A stretch of 64,000 nucleotides of DNA from the human T2T-CHM13v2.0 reference genome, Homo sapiens: the NCBI RefSeq assembly GCF_009914755.1, contig NC_060930.1. One strand, 5' to 3'. The notes under the pieces were generated by a model that was not told the DNA's origin, did no database searches, and worked only from the letters and a program-made list of their open reading frames with translations. Shown here in pieces: positions 17,751 to 50,104 of this stretch (the stretch's first letter is position 1; the number at the start of each line of letters is the position of its first letter). A program made the translations under genes and the position numbers.

Positions 17751-18344
17751 AGACATGGGCATTCTTATCCTCATTTTGACTGAGTAACTGGGCACAGAGA
17801 GGCTGTTATGCATCCCAATTGCAGAGCTAGGCAGCGGCAAGCCCACTTTCACACAGTGCCAGCTGCCTGGCTCTGGGATCAGCCTGTAGTCACTCTCCAT
17901 TCTGCCCCTCAGGATCTGCTTCTCCCAGGAAGCCTCTCACAGAGGCAGAATTTTGCATTGGCATCCTGCTTCAAGCTTATGAAATCTTCTATACAGATGA
18001 CCTCATTCCAGCCTTGCAATAATAGCTTCTGTGAGGTATTATTATTCATAGCTTTAAAAAAGCCAGTTGAAGGAAATCCAGTGATTTGTCAAAGGTCAGA
18101 AGTTAGGTGGCCGCTCTCCTGCTCAGACTTACGTTTTCTGACTTGGAGTACAGTGCTCCGCTCTCACGTTATCTGTCAGCTGACGCTGCAGCCAGCCTCA
18201 TACTCAACACATCACATGGTTCGAAGGCTAGGCCACTTTCCACTACTATTGAGCTGCCTCCTCTCTAGGAAAATGCTTTTCTGGATTGAGGGAGACAGTC
18301 ATAGAGAAATGTGTTGTTGGCATCGATTTCCTATGGTTGGGCAA

Positions 18345-18465
18345 TGGCTTCCGCCATCTGGACCAGGTGACGTCAGCTATCTGGATTTCTGCCAGCATTC
18401 CCCGGCCCAGGAAACAGACTTCCGGCTGTCTGGGCTCTGAGCCATCTTCGGCCTCCTGGGTGAGT
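18345..18465 (+). promoter_or_regulatory. Candidate promoter/first exon with 5' splice donor
   Basis: Full CRE TGACGTCA 18368-18375; ETS CAGGAAA about 18408 and ACTTCCGG 18418-18425; YY1-like GCCATCT about 18353 and 18441; locally retained CpGs; donor GG|GTGAGT after 18459. Confidence 0.55.
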
Positions 18466-19094
18466 GGGTCTTGCAATTCGCAAAGTGAGGAACTGAAAAG
18501 TCAGCTCTCAGGGAAGATTTCACTGTATAAAGTCAGGTAAAAATGGGGAAGAGGCATACTGGGTCAGAGAGACAGGGAGCCCTTCTATCTGAGTCTGGGG
18601 CCTTTCTCAGATGAGAGGGGAGGATCTAGTGATCAGACAGGGAAATTGAAGATCTTTGTGACTAAGACTCAAGTCAATTGGGGGTAGATGAGGAGTAAGG
18701 TAAGCAAAGCTAAAGAAATCTGGGGAAAGATACACATAAAGATACAAACACAGAAGGTCAAATACTGGCCAAGGATAGAATGTTGATCCCAAAACTCATG
18801 CACTTTTCTGTGGACACTGAGACTTGAACAAATCAATAACTTGAGAATGTAAGCAGCCCTCTGCCATGTTATACTTTGTTGAGTTATATAACAGTTGGGG
18901 GAAAACCTAAACAATGGTACATGTGTTAAGGTAGACAGTTAAATTGTCCCTCCACCACTCCCTGTCTCATTCCCAACCCTGCTCTCCAGGCCAGGCTCAT
19001 AAAAGTTGTTACTCATTTTAGCCATTCCTTCAGCCAATATTCATCTTATTCATTCTTACAATCACCCTGTGAGGTAAGAGCTATCATTATGCCT

Positions 19095-23090
<3,996 letters not shown>

Positions 23091-23120
23091 TATGCCTTGT
23101 TATGGAGGAATAAATTTTCA

Positions 23121-23261
<141 letters not shown>

Positions 23262-23277
23262 TTAAAAAAGAAAAGGA

Positions 23278-23668
<391 letters not shown>

Positions 23669-23802
23669 CTACATGCTCAATAAATATAGCTTGAGTGAGT
23701 GAACATATGAGTGACTGAGACTCAGTGTGGTTAAATAACTTGCATAGGTCAGTCAGTTGGAAGGTGGCCAGATATGGCTCAAACCCAGATCTTCTCATCT
23801 AA

Positions 23803-24520
<718 letters not shown>

Positions 24521-25398
24521 GAAACCGTATTTCTCCAAAGTTTCATTTGCTGTCTCTGCTGTATGATCCCAATCATTTCATTGTTTGTGAGCAGCAAAAC
24601 TAAAATCTAGGGAGCCTCATGTCCCTTCTGCTTCTGACTCCTCCCCTACTCGAGCCACAGAGTCAAAGATTCCACTTCCTTCTAGGGTAGTTTTATAGTT
24701 GGAAAGTTCTTCTAAATCTCTGACCACAACCTCCTGCTGCAAAATTGTGCAATAAATCCCCATGAGTGTTCAGTGTAACCATTGACTATAGGACCTGGTT
24801 TGATGTGGGAGGCATTTGGGGCTTGCGGAAAGCTTTATGTGCTCTGCCCCGTACAAAGGGCAGCCTTGGGGCAGCCGATGCCCTTGCTCTGGCCCTGACA
24901 TGCTGCTCCCTTTTTGAAGTGTGATTTCTGATTCTGGGTGCAGCTTGCCATATCAGAGGAGAATGAAGCTAGGTGGCATGAACCCCAGAAAATTTTGATG
25001 AACTCACCTCTTGGAATGAGGACAAAGGAGAGTCTTGAAGTAGAAAAGAGCTGTGCTCCTTGAAGGGGTCCAAAGTTAAAGCTCACACTGGGGTGGATTG
25101 GGTAGACTTACCTGTCCCCTCTTTGACAGTGTTGCATTTGAGCTTCTCCTATTGGGTCCTTTGGAAAAGAATTCTTTGAACTACTAGAAAATTAGGACAG
25201 GGTGGGGGCAAAAGAAAATGTATATTGAGAGCTTGCTCCATGTATTTGTTAGGCATTTAATCTAGGTATCTAATTTTATCTTCAAAGTAATCCTGTGGGT
25301 TGGTTTTATCAATCCTATTTTGCAGAGTTGGATGCTGAAACTTGCAGTCACACAAGGACTTGAACCTAGAGCTTTTCTAAAGCCCGTACTCTTTCCAG

Positions 25399-25507
25399 TA
25401 CCCTGAGCCAGGGGAGCCAGCGGGCAGAAATGACGTGTGAGGTACCCTCTTTCCCTTCACTTCCATGTGATCTGTTACTCATTTTGTCAAGACATCCTGG
25501 GTCCCAG
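25399..25507 (+). other. Candidate exon (109 nt) of a spliced, apparently non-coding transcript
   Basis: Acceptor ctctttccAG (25397-25398) at the end of an antisense MIR; donor CAG|GTAAGC. Confidence 0.5.
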
Positions 25508-25532
25508 GTAAGCTCCAGTGATTCCCCTGAAC

Positions 25533-27060
<1,528 letters not shown>

Positions 27061-27532
27061 CAAAAAGATGCTGCAAAGAAACAGCAGCCTCCTGTAACAA
27101 AATAAGTGGTACATCTTTTGTGATGGGAGCATCTCCCTGGGGAGCGAAGCTGGACGTTGCAGCCCTACCCTGTCCCCAGAGGTTTTTCTGTCCCTTTATG
27201 TCTATGAACAAGTATAGCTGAGGCCATCAGCACTGCACACACCTGGAACAGTCTTGTTAAAACAGGACCTCCCTAAAGGCCAAGAGCTAAGGAAAGAGAA
27301 AGTGAAGGACTGAGCAGCAGGTAACCAGAATCGGAGTCATTGAAGGCAACTGCAGGAGTTGCCCCTTCCTGGCTCCCTCCCATGGCAACTCCCTGAGTCT
27401 GAGTAGAGAAGGTTAGAGACGTATGGAGGTTCCCACCCCTCCTGTGAAAGGCTCCCTTCTGAGTTCCAGGTCCCTATCTGATGACCCACCTCACCTATGC
27501 CTGCCTAATACCTGAATGGCCATCTCTTTCAG

Positions 27533-27600
27533 AGACCACTCTTATTCCCAGGTGTGTGACCTCCTCCTACAGAGTACAGTGGGAAAGACACCATCTCCAG
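27533..27600 (+). other. Candidate exon (68 nt)
   Basis: Branch-like CCTAAT about 27504, acceptor catctctttcAG (27531-27532), donor CAG|GTAACC. Confidence 0.5.
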
Positions 27601-28162
27601 GTAACCCCAACACAGTGAGGGGTGGAGCGGGGATGTGGTCATTCGTTCCAGGTATTGTTGATTCTCTTGAGGTTCAATCCAGGGCTAGAGATTGTGATTA
27701 AAGAGATACCCAGATTGGGTATGCGTGCAAAGGGCAAGAGCTATGAGACCAATGTGACATTTAGGATTAATTAGTCCCTTCCACAGGGCAGGCTGCCACT
27801 CACTGGTACAGCTCCTGGGCTGAGCCTGGCAGAGCTCATTAGCAAGGCAGACACTGGAATGTGTGTGCAATGGAGGGAGGCTTAAACTCAGAGGCTGCTG
27901 GTTCCTATTAAGCAGAGAGAGGTTAGAACTTAGTGGCACAGAAACTGATATCAGCTAAATATGGGTTAGTCACCAACCCTGCACCATCTTCCCTAACCTT
28001 TGAGAAAGTCTTTTCCTACTGCTTGTTCACATCCATTCATTCAACAAACAATTATGAATTTTCTCTTAGGTGCCAGGTGCTACACAAGATACTGGCTATA
28101 GCAGCGAACAGGACAGCCCGTCTCATCCTCATGGAGGTCACAGGACAATGAGAAGAAAGACT

Positions 28163-31925
<3,763 letters not shown>

Positions 31926-32162
31926 TCCACGTAATATAGTTCACATCTTTGCTTCCCATGTAAATTCCTCTTTTTTGTGTGTCACTATCAGTATGTAATT
32001 ATTGAAACTTCAAGGTATGACTCTTGTTAGGAAATGATAGAGAAAAAACAATTGCTCTATAATCACCCCTTACATTGTGACTTCTTGCAAATAAATACAC
32101 CCCACTTTCAGCCTCACTCATTTATTATAAAATTGTAAGAGGTGGAACAAGCCTTTGTTTAG

Positions 32163-32376
32163 AGATGTGATTCATGTGTTGCTTGCTGGAGTTTCTGAAA
32201 ACAAACAAACAAACAAAAAAACCCAAGATAGCAGATGGCCAGATGAGCCACTGGGAATGGAGCAATGGCTGGTCATGGCTTCTGTCAAACACAAAGCTCT
32301 GACTGGAGAAGCTTGGAATCTTCTGGATGTCTTTTGCAAAGATGACAAATTCTTTTAGATAGGCTGCTGCTTGAAG
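32163..32376 (+). other. Candidate exon (214 nt; alternative acceptor at 32358)
   Basis: Acceptor cctttgtttAG (32161-32162); strong donor AAG|GTAAGA. Confidence 0.35.
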
Positions 32377-33327
32377 GTAAGATGGAAGAAGCTTTGTTCA
32401 TTGTATTATGGAGGTCTTTGACCCCCACCTCCTCCCACCCCATGAACTCAGACCTTCCACATTAGACCTGGGCTGTCCCTCAGCATCTTTGCTGCACATT
32501 GCATGAAACTTTTCAGTTATTACATATAACTTCCAGGTGTTTGAAATACGAAATGCGTAAGAGACATGTTCCTGAGATGTCGGAGTGAGGTTTCCTTTGA
32601 GAGAAGGAAGTGAGGGTTGTTGCCTACAGATTGTTGAGGGTAATAATGGGATGAGGCATAAAAAGGACCTAGCCTAGCAGCAGGCATGTAGTAAGAGCTC
32701 AGTAAGTATTACATTTGTTTAATTAGTGTCTGCCTACCAGGTTCAACCCTTGGCTTCATATGTCCAGCAACACTTCCTAACTTGCCCATTCTTGCCCTTC
32801 CTTGGGTCCTGCTGTTTATTCTGTTCTCTGAAATAAGGAGTTCCTCCCAGTATTGTAGCTGATAAGGTTAGAGCTCAAAGCAGTTAGGGACCTCAAGAGG
32901 TATCCTAGTCTGGTTCCTGGTCTAGATAAAATATTATCCCTTATTGCAGAAGTAGCAACTGAATCTAGGAAAGGTTGAGTGATTTGAGAGACTATAGTAG
33001 GCATAGGTGGGGATATTGGCTAATTCTTAGTTCTTCTGACTTAGGAGCATCTAGGTCGTGGACACAGAGTGTCCCTTTTTTCAAAGTGGAGTCCCACAGT
33101 GCATCACTTACAGTTATTCTAGCTGCTGGTGGTATTTGGAGGAGTATCCTAAACACTTCTCTTTCCAAATCACAGGCCCAGTTGGGATCAGGAACATCAA
33201 CTCATATCACATGAGCAGAACTTGTTCATTTGGGGACATCCCCAATAATGCCAAAATCTATGCTCCAGATGAGTAAGAGTATGAACTGGAACCACTTTCA
33301 GGGAACCTCTTGTCTGCACCTCATTCT

Positions 33328-34445
<1,118 letters not shown>

Positions 34446-34449
34446 CTGA

Positions 34450-37000
34450 TTATTGTTTTTTATATCTCCTTTAATGTACAGGTTAGCTCTCTCATTTTTT
34501 CCCCCTCTTGAAATAGGTTTGTTGGAGAAAATGGATTTTTTTTGTACTGTACAGCTTTCCAGTCTGGGTTTTGCTGATTCTACCCTGGAGGTGCTATGTA
34601 AGACACTCCTCTGATCGCTGACTTCTTGTGAATTGCTAATTTCATCTAGAGGTCTGATCAGATTGAAGTTCAGTGTTTGTTTTTGCAGGGCCCCTTCTCA
34701 GGGAATGTTGTGAACATTCACCCAGAGGTACATGCTGTCTGCTTGTGTCCGTCTCTTTTGGTGATGTTCTAAGTCATTCGTGATCATCGACTAATCCATT
34801 ATTTCATTAGGAGTTGCAAAATAGTAATATTGGAATTCTATTATTTCTTTCTTCATTTATGTATTTATTCTTTTTTCTCCCCCACACCCACTCTCCTGCC
34901 CTGCTCGCTCCTTTCTTCAGTTATTAGGTAGACTGCTTGTGTAAGAGAAATTGCTTCATCAACCATGGGGTTCAGTTATGGTTTCTATAGGAAAGGCAGA
35001 ATAAAGGATTTCTCTTTATTACCAGTTTTCAAGTTGTTGAGTTGGTTACGTAGAGTCCTCCACAAGCGACCAATTATTTAAGATACCATTATGAAATCAT
35101 GGATTGAAACATATTTGATGTACTTCAGTTCACTATAGTCCATTATAGTGATTAGTCTTATGAATGCTCAAATTGTCCCGTCTTTGGCAAGTGGGAGTCT
35201 TTTCACCTCTTTCTGACACAGTCCAAAGAGACTTTGATAGCTTTTTGAGTTTCTGATTTGACCAGATATCGAAGCACATCTTGTACATTTCCGTTCCCAG
35301 TCTGAGAGCCAAGCATTTCTTTAAGAAGATCTGATTTCAGTTGAAGGGAAATGATAGACTGCCAGAGATGCTTGTTGCTGCTGGATTGGTTCTTGTTTCT
35401 AGGGCCTTTTAGTGGGAAGAAAATATAAACATATTTTAAAAATAAACTCATTGTCTGTTTATACTAATACTTTCTTTATTTTTTTAAATTTTTTTTTACC
35501 AGCTCTAGGATCAAGGAAAAAGATACTTTCCATTCAAATAGAGGCTCTCAGTGTTTTTATATAACTTCACATACTTGCATCTGTTTTTTTCTCCCGACCA
35601 AATATTCTAGTTTCCAAATCGACCAACGTTTGCTTTATCCCTCAATACTTATACACAGTCTTAAAATAACAACATCAATATTATCGCCATTAATATGATA
35701 ATGCTTTTCCATGAAAGGGCCATACATGCAAAGTGGCCCCCAAAGGTCAAAGGAGCTGAGAAACCAAAGAACAAGGTAGGCAAGTCCAGTTTGTTGCTAA
35801 GGCGTGTTTCACTGGGGAACTTACAGACGGAAGCCTGCTCTTGGGCAGCTGCAAGACAGGTGGATCTCGCACTGTTATCTCAGACCCAAGGCTTATTTAT
35901 ATACCATAGGGAAAGAGTATATGTGCTTAGTGCAAGACAAAGGCAACTGTCCAGAACAGGCTAGAATGCTATGTGCGTCACAGCTTATAATTTGTGTGAT
36001 AACATCAAAGTTGATATATTCTTACACTAGGGACAGTAAATAAAGTAGGAATCAGGAGGCGTTCCTGGGACTGGGGCTAATCAGATGACGACATGGTGGA
36101 TTAGCATCCAAGATGGGGCCACTTTTGTCTCCACAATAAAACTATTCTTTCAGTTCCTTTTTTTTTGTCCTTAGGGTATATCTCACTAGGAATATACAAT
36201 CAAATTGCAGTGGTCTAAAGTTGTTTGAGACAGTTTTTCTCTCTGTAATTGTATCACTAACTCACTGTGCGGATAGTCTTTTATTTTTGCTTTTGATTTT
36301 TAGAAATTTAAATATATACATGTATATATTCTTAGATATAGAGTAGCATCCAGATTTCCCCACTTCTCTTTTTTTTAAATGAACATTGGGATACAATTGA
36401 CATACAGTTTGACCTTTCTTTACTTAACAATAGGTGCTGTCAATCAGCCCATGGCAGTATGTAGAGATATTTATTCTTTTTTCAATGCTCCATAGTACTT
36501 CATATTTAATTTAGTCAGTCCCTTGTTGTTAGACATTTGGGTTATTTCCAGTATTTATTTATTTATTTATTTTTAAAATTTGAAATAGAGATGGAGTTTC
36601 ACCATGTTGCTCAGGCTGGCCTTGAACTCCTGGGCTTAAGCAAACAGCCCGCCTTGGCCTCTCAAAAAGTGCTAGGATTACAGCCACCATGCTCGGCCTA
36701 TTTCTAGTCTTTTGTTATGACAAATAGAGCTGCAATAAATAGCCTACACAAATACTTTTTCATATTTTTGCCAGTGATGTTTTGGAATAGTTTCCTAGAA
36801 ACGGTATTGCTGGAAATGCATATGTAATTTTGCTAGATACAGCCAGTCAAATTCCCTTCCATAGAGATTGCCTCATTTTGCATTCCTAGTCACAATGTAC
36901 TAGAATGCCTATTTCCCTATAGCTTTGCCAACTACATGTATTGACAAATTTTTGGATTTTTTGCCGATCTGATAGGTATAATATGCTACCTTAGGATAGT
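34450..37000 (-). mobile_element. Old L1M fragments (host to an LTR and a FLAM)
   Basis: T-rich L1-like text such as 'tagacatttgggttatttccag' and 'ttttgcattcctagtcacaatgtactagaatgcctatttccc'. Confidence 0.55.
35696..36135 (-). mobile_element. MER83/MER84-like ERV1 solo LTR
   Basis: Minus strand begins TGTGGAGACAAAAGTGGCCCCATCTTGGATGCTAATCC, matching the recalled MER83/84 5' end; left bound approximate. Confidence 0.65.
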
Positions 37001-37196
37001 TGTTTTGTTTCGTTTGTTTTGTTTTTTGTTTTTGTTTTTGTTTTGTTTTTTGTTTTTTTGCGATTCTCCTGCCTCAGCCTCCTGAGTAGCTGGGACTACA
37101 AGTGAGCGCCACCATGCTTGACTAATTTTTGCATTTTTAGTAGAGACGGGGTTTCACCATATTGGCCAGGCTGGTCTTGAACTCCCGACCTCATGA

Positions 37197-37334
<138 letters not shown>

Positions 37335-37854
37335 TAGAAGAATTTATTTCCCTTTAATATTGTGTGGTTTTTGTTTTTTAAAGTCTCATATGGAATTTAT
37401 CTTTTTGTATGTATGCTATGATAAGTGGACCAACTTTTGTCTTTTTTCATATAGAGTCTCAAATTTGATATTACTAGCTCCTCTCTCCCACCCCCTCCCT
37501 TCAGCTTGATTTTTCCTGGACATTTTATTATTTTCTTGGCCAAAGCTGGACATGGATCAAAATAAACGTCTGTTCAACTCCCTGTGTTTGGTTCCATTTT
37601 GCTGCCTGTTTTTCTTTCCTGGATTCTTTGTGATTTCAGCACAGTGTTTTTCCAGCCATTCAAGGAGTTATGACCTTTAGGGCTTGAGGAAGAGTGCATT
37701 AAAGGCCTGTCCAGAGAATGATTCAAGGGGGAGTGGATCCTGTAGACGTCCAGGAGGGCCCAGCTCTACTTGGGCCAGGGGGTTGGAGAGCTGCTTCTCA
37801 GGAGCAGGATGGCCACTCACGCGTGTGGAGCACTCAGGAGCCCAGTTTTTTGTG

Positions 37855-38148
37855 TTTTTGTTTTTTCCTTGAGACGGAGTCTTACTGTGTCGCCTGGGCT
37901 GGAGTGCAGTGGTGTGATCTCGGCTCACTGCAACCTCTGTCTCTTGGGTTCAAGTGATTCTCCTGCCTCAGCCTCCTGAGTAGCTGGGATTACGGGCGCC
38001 CGCCACCACACCCAGCTAATTTTTATTTTTAGTAGAGACGGGGTTTCACCATGTTGGCCAGGCTGGTCTCGAACTCTTGACCTCAGGTGATCTGTCCAGC
38101 AGCCTCCCAACGTGTTGGGATTACAGGCGTGAACCACGGCGCCTGTCC
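37855..38148 (-). mobile_element. AluS
   Basis: TSD GGAGCCCAGTTTTT on both sides. Confidence 0.9.
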
Positions 38149-39018
38149 TGGAGCCCAGTTTTTGTTGATAACCCATGTTTCCTGTTTCCACCCCTCCCCT
38201 GCTCTTGATTTCCATTAGGAATTTCTACCTTTCTAACTGGAAAAGACTGGGGTCAGGGGGTGGAGAAGTGGGCAGAGGAAGGGAGGAGTGGAATACAGAA
38301 ATTGAAACCTGTCTTACTCTGCTCATGTAACTCCTAGCGCAGATCCATATCATTAATGCCAACTACCATTTAGTGGTTATTTCCTACCACCACGCATCAG
38401 ATACTGCGCTAAGTACTTTACACAGAATAAATCATTTCATCTTGACCTGTTAGTTGGCTAGGGTGGTTACTTCCAGAAGGAAAAAGAGGCCCAGAGATAA
38501 GTTCACACAATTGGTAAGTAGTGGGATTTGGGTCTGTGTGACGTCAGATTCCAGGCTCAAAACGTCTAAGTTTGTGGCCTCCGCAAAAAAGGCTCATAAC
38601 AGTCTGTATTTCTGTTTGCTTTTCCATGTAAAGACTAACTTTACTCCACTTCACTGCCCAGATCTGCTGAGCTCAGATGTGAGCAGTGTGCTCGGCTGTG
38701 ACTGCAGGCATCATGCTAGGCTGTAGGGACCCGTGGCTGGAGAGGGGCTCCGTCTTGCCCTCCGTCTGTTCTGTTGCCAGCACAGTGCTTGGCACACGTG
38801 GGCTCTCATCACGTATCTGTTGGATAATTAGATGAAAAAGGAGGAGGAAGAGGAATGTGTGCTGGAGATAAAGCGGCAGGAGTGGAGGAGGCGCAGGGGA
38901 AGAGAACAGATTTGGGAAAAACCAGTGGGACATGAGGATGCTGGGCAGGTGGGTAGAAGGTTGCCATGTGTTCAGAAGCACAGAAAAAGGGTGACTTCCA
39001 GGTCAAAAGTGATTTCAG

Positions 39019-39430
<412 letters not shown>

Positions 39431-39558
39431 AAAGTGATTTCAGTTTTTTCACAACTTGATCACTGAGCAAGTGACTTAGACTGTGGTCATTTTCTGTTAA
39501 CTCTTATCTGATCCAACTAGAAAGCAAAGCAAAACAAAAACCTGACTGCCTTCTACAG

Positions 39559-39655
39559 ACAAGCCAATGTGAAGGTATTCAGCTCACACAGGTGGCAAAA
39601 GACAGAGAAACACCCAAGTTACCTCAGGGGATGGACATTGCCTAAGGATACACAG
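39559..39655 (+). other. Candidate exon (97 nt)
   Basis: Branch CTGAC 39542-39546, acceptor tgccttctacAG (39557-39558), consensus donor CAG|GTGAGT. Confidence 0.5.
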
Positions 39656-39694
39656 GTGAGTAAGGAAAATAGGAAATGGCTTCTGTAGGTCTCA

Positions 39695-40941
<1,247 letters not shown>

Positions 40942-41245
40942 TTAGGAATGTCATCTCTGGTATGGAATTCTACTTGTCCCCTGTAGAATTCTGGGCTGGC
41001 CTACCCATGGTTCAAGCTTCCACTGAAGCTGTGTTGACCCCTAGTCCAGTGTCAGCTGGTAAAGGAAGGGAAGGGCTGAAGGAGCTGGACCCCCACAGGG
41101 AGGTGTTGAAAGAAAGGAGAAGCAAGAGGTGATATTGACCAGGGAAATGGCGCCACTTCCTGAGCCAGGGCCCTGGACTTCCTGTAGTTGTAGAAAAGTG
41201 CGGGCCTGAGTTATTTAACTATCAAAGAAAAAGTGGTGCTCTGTG

Positions 41246-42169
41246 TGTGGGAAAAACAACACTCAATGTGCTTTTTCCTACTCTCTCACTCACAACAATC
41301 ATTAACACAGAAGGCTTCTGTGACCAAATGTGAGGAGTTTTGTCTCTACACATCAAGCAAGCAATTAAATCTGCAGCAGACACCAGTTGGGTGTCTTCTA
41401 ATCCAATTCTGACACTGTCTACCTAGAGGTAGCATCAGATCCCACAGGTTGAGGGCTCAGTCCCCAAGACTGCCCCCCGACCCACATTGGTCACAGGTTT
41501 GGCCTTGGGAACTTCTGACCCACCAGCTTCAAGTTGGGATTCCCACAACCCCCTCTTTGGGTTCAGTTAAATGAACACTTGCATTTACTGGTTTATTACA
41601 AAGGCTAGAGATGAAGAGATGCACAGGGAGAAGGGGCACAGAGCTTCCGAGTCCTCCCTGTGTGCAACACCTTCCAGGAACCTCCATGTGTTCAGCTCTC
41701 CAGAAGCTCTCTGAACCCCATCCTCTTGGGCATTTATGGAGACTTCACTGGACAGGCATGACTGAAGCATGGTCAACCATGTCAAAATGTGATTGAACAA
41801 AAAGGATATGATCTAATACTAACAGACAGACTGGGGAAACCCAGTGAGTCCTGTCCAGATTCTTCTTGGCCTCTCTGTGCAGCCTTTCTTCCTCCAGGAT
41901 ATGGGGCATCCTTTCTGAAATGGGAGTCTTATGACCTATAGTCAGACAAGGTAGGTCAAAGACAGAAAGATGGGCAAAGATTCCTGCCTTGGAGAGATAA
42001 AGGAGCAGATGAAATGAGGGCAGGAGAAGGTCAGAGAGATTCCGTTTATTGAGACCTGCTTCTGAGGCTTAAAGCACCCAACATTACAACAACAGATGGT
42101 AACAAGGGCAATGGGAATTATAAGCCAGGAACCATGGACTAAAACCTATATATAAATTATAATAGCACA
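41246..42169 (-). mobile_element. MER21 LTR
   Basis: 'ttctgtgaccaaatgtg...aattctgacactgtctacctagaggtagcatcagatcccacaggttgagggctcagtccccaagactgcccc' is characteristic of MER21. Confidence 0.8.
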
Positions 42170-42266
42170 GAATCCCAAAGGCTGGAAAACTTGTGGGCTT
42201 CCCTTTTACCATATAGAGCCACTGTTCTCTCCACAGTGCCTGCATATTCCTGTCTCTTTCTGTTGA

Positions 42267-42567
<301 letters not shown>

Positions 42568-42692
42568 TGACTTTAAATCTCCACCCTCTACCTATAGCAG
42601 CCCACTTCCTCCTCTCTCTTCAAATCTCCTTTTTCTCACTTTCTTCTCCATCTTCCTTGCCCTTTTAGAAGCAGAAAAGGGCATACCTTTTC

Positions 42693-44966
<2,274 letters not shown>

Positions 44967-44999
44967 GTTTTCTTCCTCTCTTCTTCATTCTTTCTCAAT

Positions 45000-46899
<1,900 letters not shown>

Positions 46900-47344
46900 T
46901 TAATATTTAATGCATTGATGTAAAGCTAACTTCAGGACCACTTTTGAAACTTTTTTTCAGACTGTTTTGAAATCTTCAATCTTCAGAAAAAGTCTGTGAA
47001 AAATCATTTTATTTTCGCACTAGTGTGTGTGTTTGTGTGTGTGTGCACGCACATAGATGAGAGTAGTTACTCTATGAAGGATCTGTTACTTATCTTGCTA
47101 TTTTTCTTGTTTGACTAACAGCCTATTTATATGGATAAGATCTGAGAATCGGTTACTAGGCCGTATGAAAGAGGAGTCTTCTTTAGGATCATTATCAGTA
47201 CAGGCCTGGCATTCACCTAACCAGTAATAGAAACCTGAAAAACAGTGGCATAAAAAATTGAGAGTTTAATTTTCCTGCATTTAGAATAAATCTAGAGGTG
47301 ACAGCAGGGATCCTAATAGCATAGCAATATTGGCAAGAACCTAG

Positions 47345-47883
47345 TGTAATTAACCATGTTTTCTAGTTTCTATATTCTGATACTTCCACATCGTGGGGTC
47401 TTGCTGACCCTGGAGTGACTGCCTCTCCCAGGTTGAGCTAATTCCTAGAAGCAAAGAACTCGCCTGTCATATGTAGATCAACCAAGCTAGACCCCATCCT
47501 CCCAACCACCACCTTCATCAGGCTCTGCCACTCCTAGCTGCAATTCCCCTAGTCACCCCAGGATCAGTACTAGAGAGCTAGGGACAGCCCCTATGCCCCA
47601 GAGGCTGCTGAAATTATTCAAACTAGCCGAGCCTGAACTTGCTTACCTGCCTGCACGCTCCTGCCTGTGAAACCACAATAAAGGCTCTTGCCCACATTTT
47701 CCTTTCACTCCCACTGCCTCCTGACTGACTCAGGTGCTTCCCCATGGGGCACCCCTGCACGCCATGCCATGCCTCATGCATGTTTCTAGGGAACTGTGAG
47801 TAAATGTCTTCCTCCATGAAAGTGATTCCTGTGTCTGCACGTCTTGCCACACCTGATTAAAACAAACCCTGGCTACCTTTACA
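47345..47883 (+). mobile_element. MER74-like ERVL solo LTR
   Basis: TGTAATTAACCATGTTTT...GGGGTCTTGCTGACCCTGGAG...AATAAAGGCTCTTGCCCAC...TTTACA. Confidence 0.75.
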
Positions 47884-47952
47884 ACCCCCAGGTCCATCCA
47901 GCCTTCTGAGCCACCACCCTGACTTGATCGAGCATCAGGAATCTCATTTCTG

Positions 47953-48601
47953 GGCCGGGGTGCAGTGGCTCACGCCTATAATCCCTACACTTTGGGAAGC
48001 CAAGGCTGGCAGATCACCTGAGGTCAGGAGTTTGAGACTAGCCCGGCCAACATAGTGAAATCCTGTCTCTACTAAAAAAAAAAAAAAAAAAAAAATAGCT
48101 GGGTGTAGTGGCATATTCCTGTAACTCCAGCTACTTGGGAGGCTGAGGCACGAAAATCACTTGAACCTGGAGGTGGAGGCTGCAGTGAGCCGAGAATGTG
48201 CCCCTGCACTCCAGCCTGGGTGACAGAGTGAGACTCTGTCTCAAAACAAACAAACAAACAAACAAACAAAAATAAAAAGAATCTCATTTCTGGGTGGTGT
48301 GGTGGCTCACACCTATAATCCCAGCCCCTTGTGAGGTTAGGATAGGAAGATCACTTGAGGCCAGGAGCTTGAGACCAGCCTGGGGAATGTAGCAAGACTC
48401 CGTCTCTACAAAAATAAAAAATAAAAAAAAAATTAGCCAGATGTAGTGGTATACACCTGTAGTCCCAGCTACTCAGGAGGCTGTGGCAGGAGGATCACTT
48501 GAGCCCAGGTGTTTGAGGTTACAGTGAGCTATGATCGCACCACTGCACTCTAGTGTGGGCAACAGAAGGAGATGGAGTGAGAGTGTCCCTAAAGATAATA
48601 A
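47953..48601 (+). mobile_element. AluS plus AluJ tandem
   Basis: GAATCTCATTTCT occurs three times: 47939, 48279 and 48602. Confidence 0.9.
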
Positions 48602-49028
48602 GAATCTCATTTCTTAATTTATTTTCCTTAACACTTACCATATTCTGAAATACTATATATTTGTTTGCTTATAATTTGTTTCCTCTCACTAGACTGTAAG
48701 CTCCTTGAAGCCAGAGATTTTTATCTGTTTTCTTTATGGTAAGTTCCTAGAACTGAAAACAGGGCCTGGCATGTATTTACTGAAAAAGTGATTAAGTGCT
48801 CTCCAGTTGATGGCTGGAGTTCAGACCATCATGGTTTTGTTTCAGGCTGGAGGAAGTGGGAGAGTAAAAGGCAAAGGGGGCCCATGCCAGTTGAGTCAGT
48901 CCTAGAAAAGAACTTTTCTGAAAGTCCCCTTTACATGACTTAGGCTAACATCTCATTGGCCAGCCCTATGCCACACCACCACTCCTACCTGCATGGCAGT
49001 TTGAGGCAAAAAAAAATTTAAAGCATAG

Positions 49029-49803
<775 letters not shown>

Positions 49804-50048
49804 TTTCCTCTCTATTTACTCTTGTGAGTAACATCAGCTTCTTTGAACTTCACCAAACTTAATTCCTTAATTCCATACTAACTGTTTATTTGTTGAGTTT
49901 CCAAGATGCAATTGCATATAATTCCAGGAACTGTGAGTAGTAAGAACCCCCTTATCAGCTGTCCTATTTTTAGATATCATGATTCCTACTGAAACATTCA
50001 GTGGCTTAAGCTCTGCCCAGCATGTTCTTGACCCTGTGTGCCTGTGGG

Positions 50049-50104
50049 GTGTGTGTGTGTGGTGTGTGTGTGTGTGTGTATGTGGGTGTGTGTGTGTGTA
50101 TGTG
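50049..50104. repeat. Imperfect (TG)n microsatellite
   Basis: Direct observation. Confidence 0.9.

Noticed and set aside
17808-18440. Longest ORF in the window (210 aa)
   Set aside because: No recognisable domain; begins in MIR-derived sequence and runs through the promoter-like region; consistent with chance.
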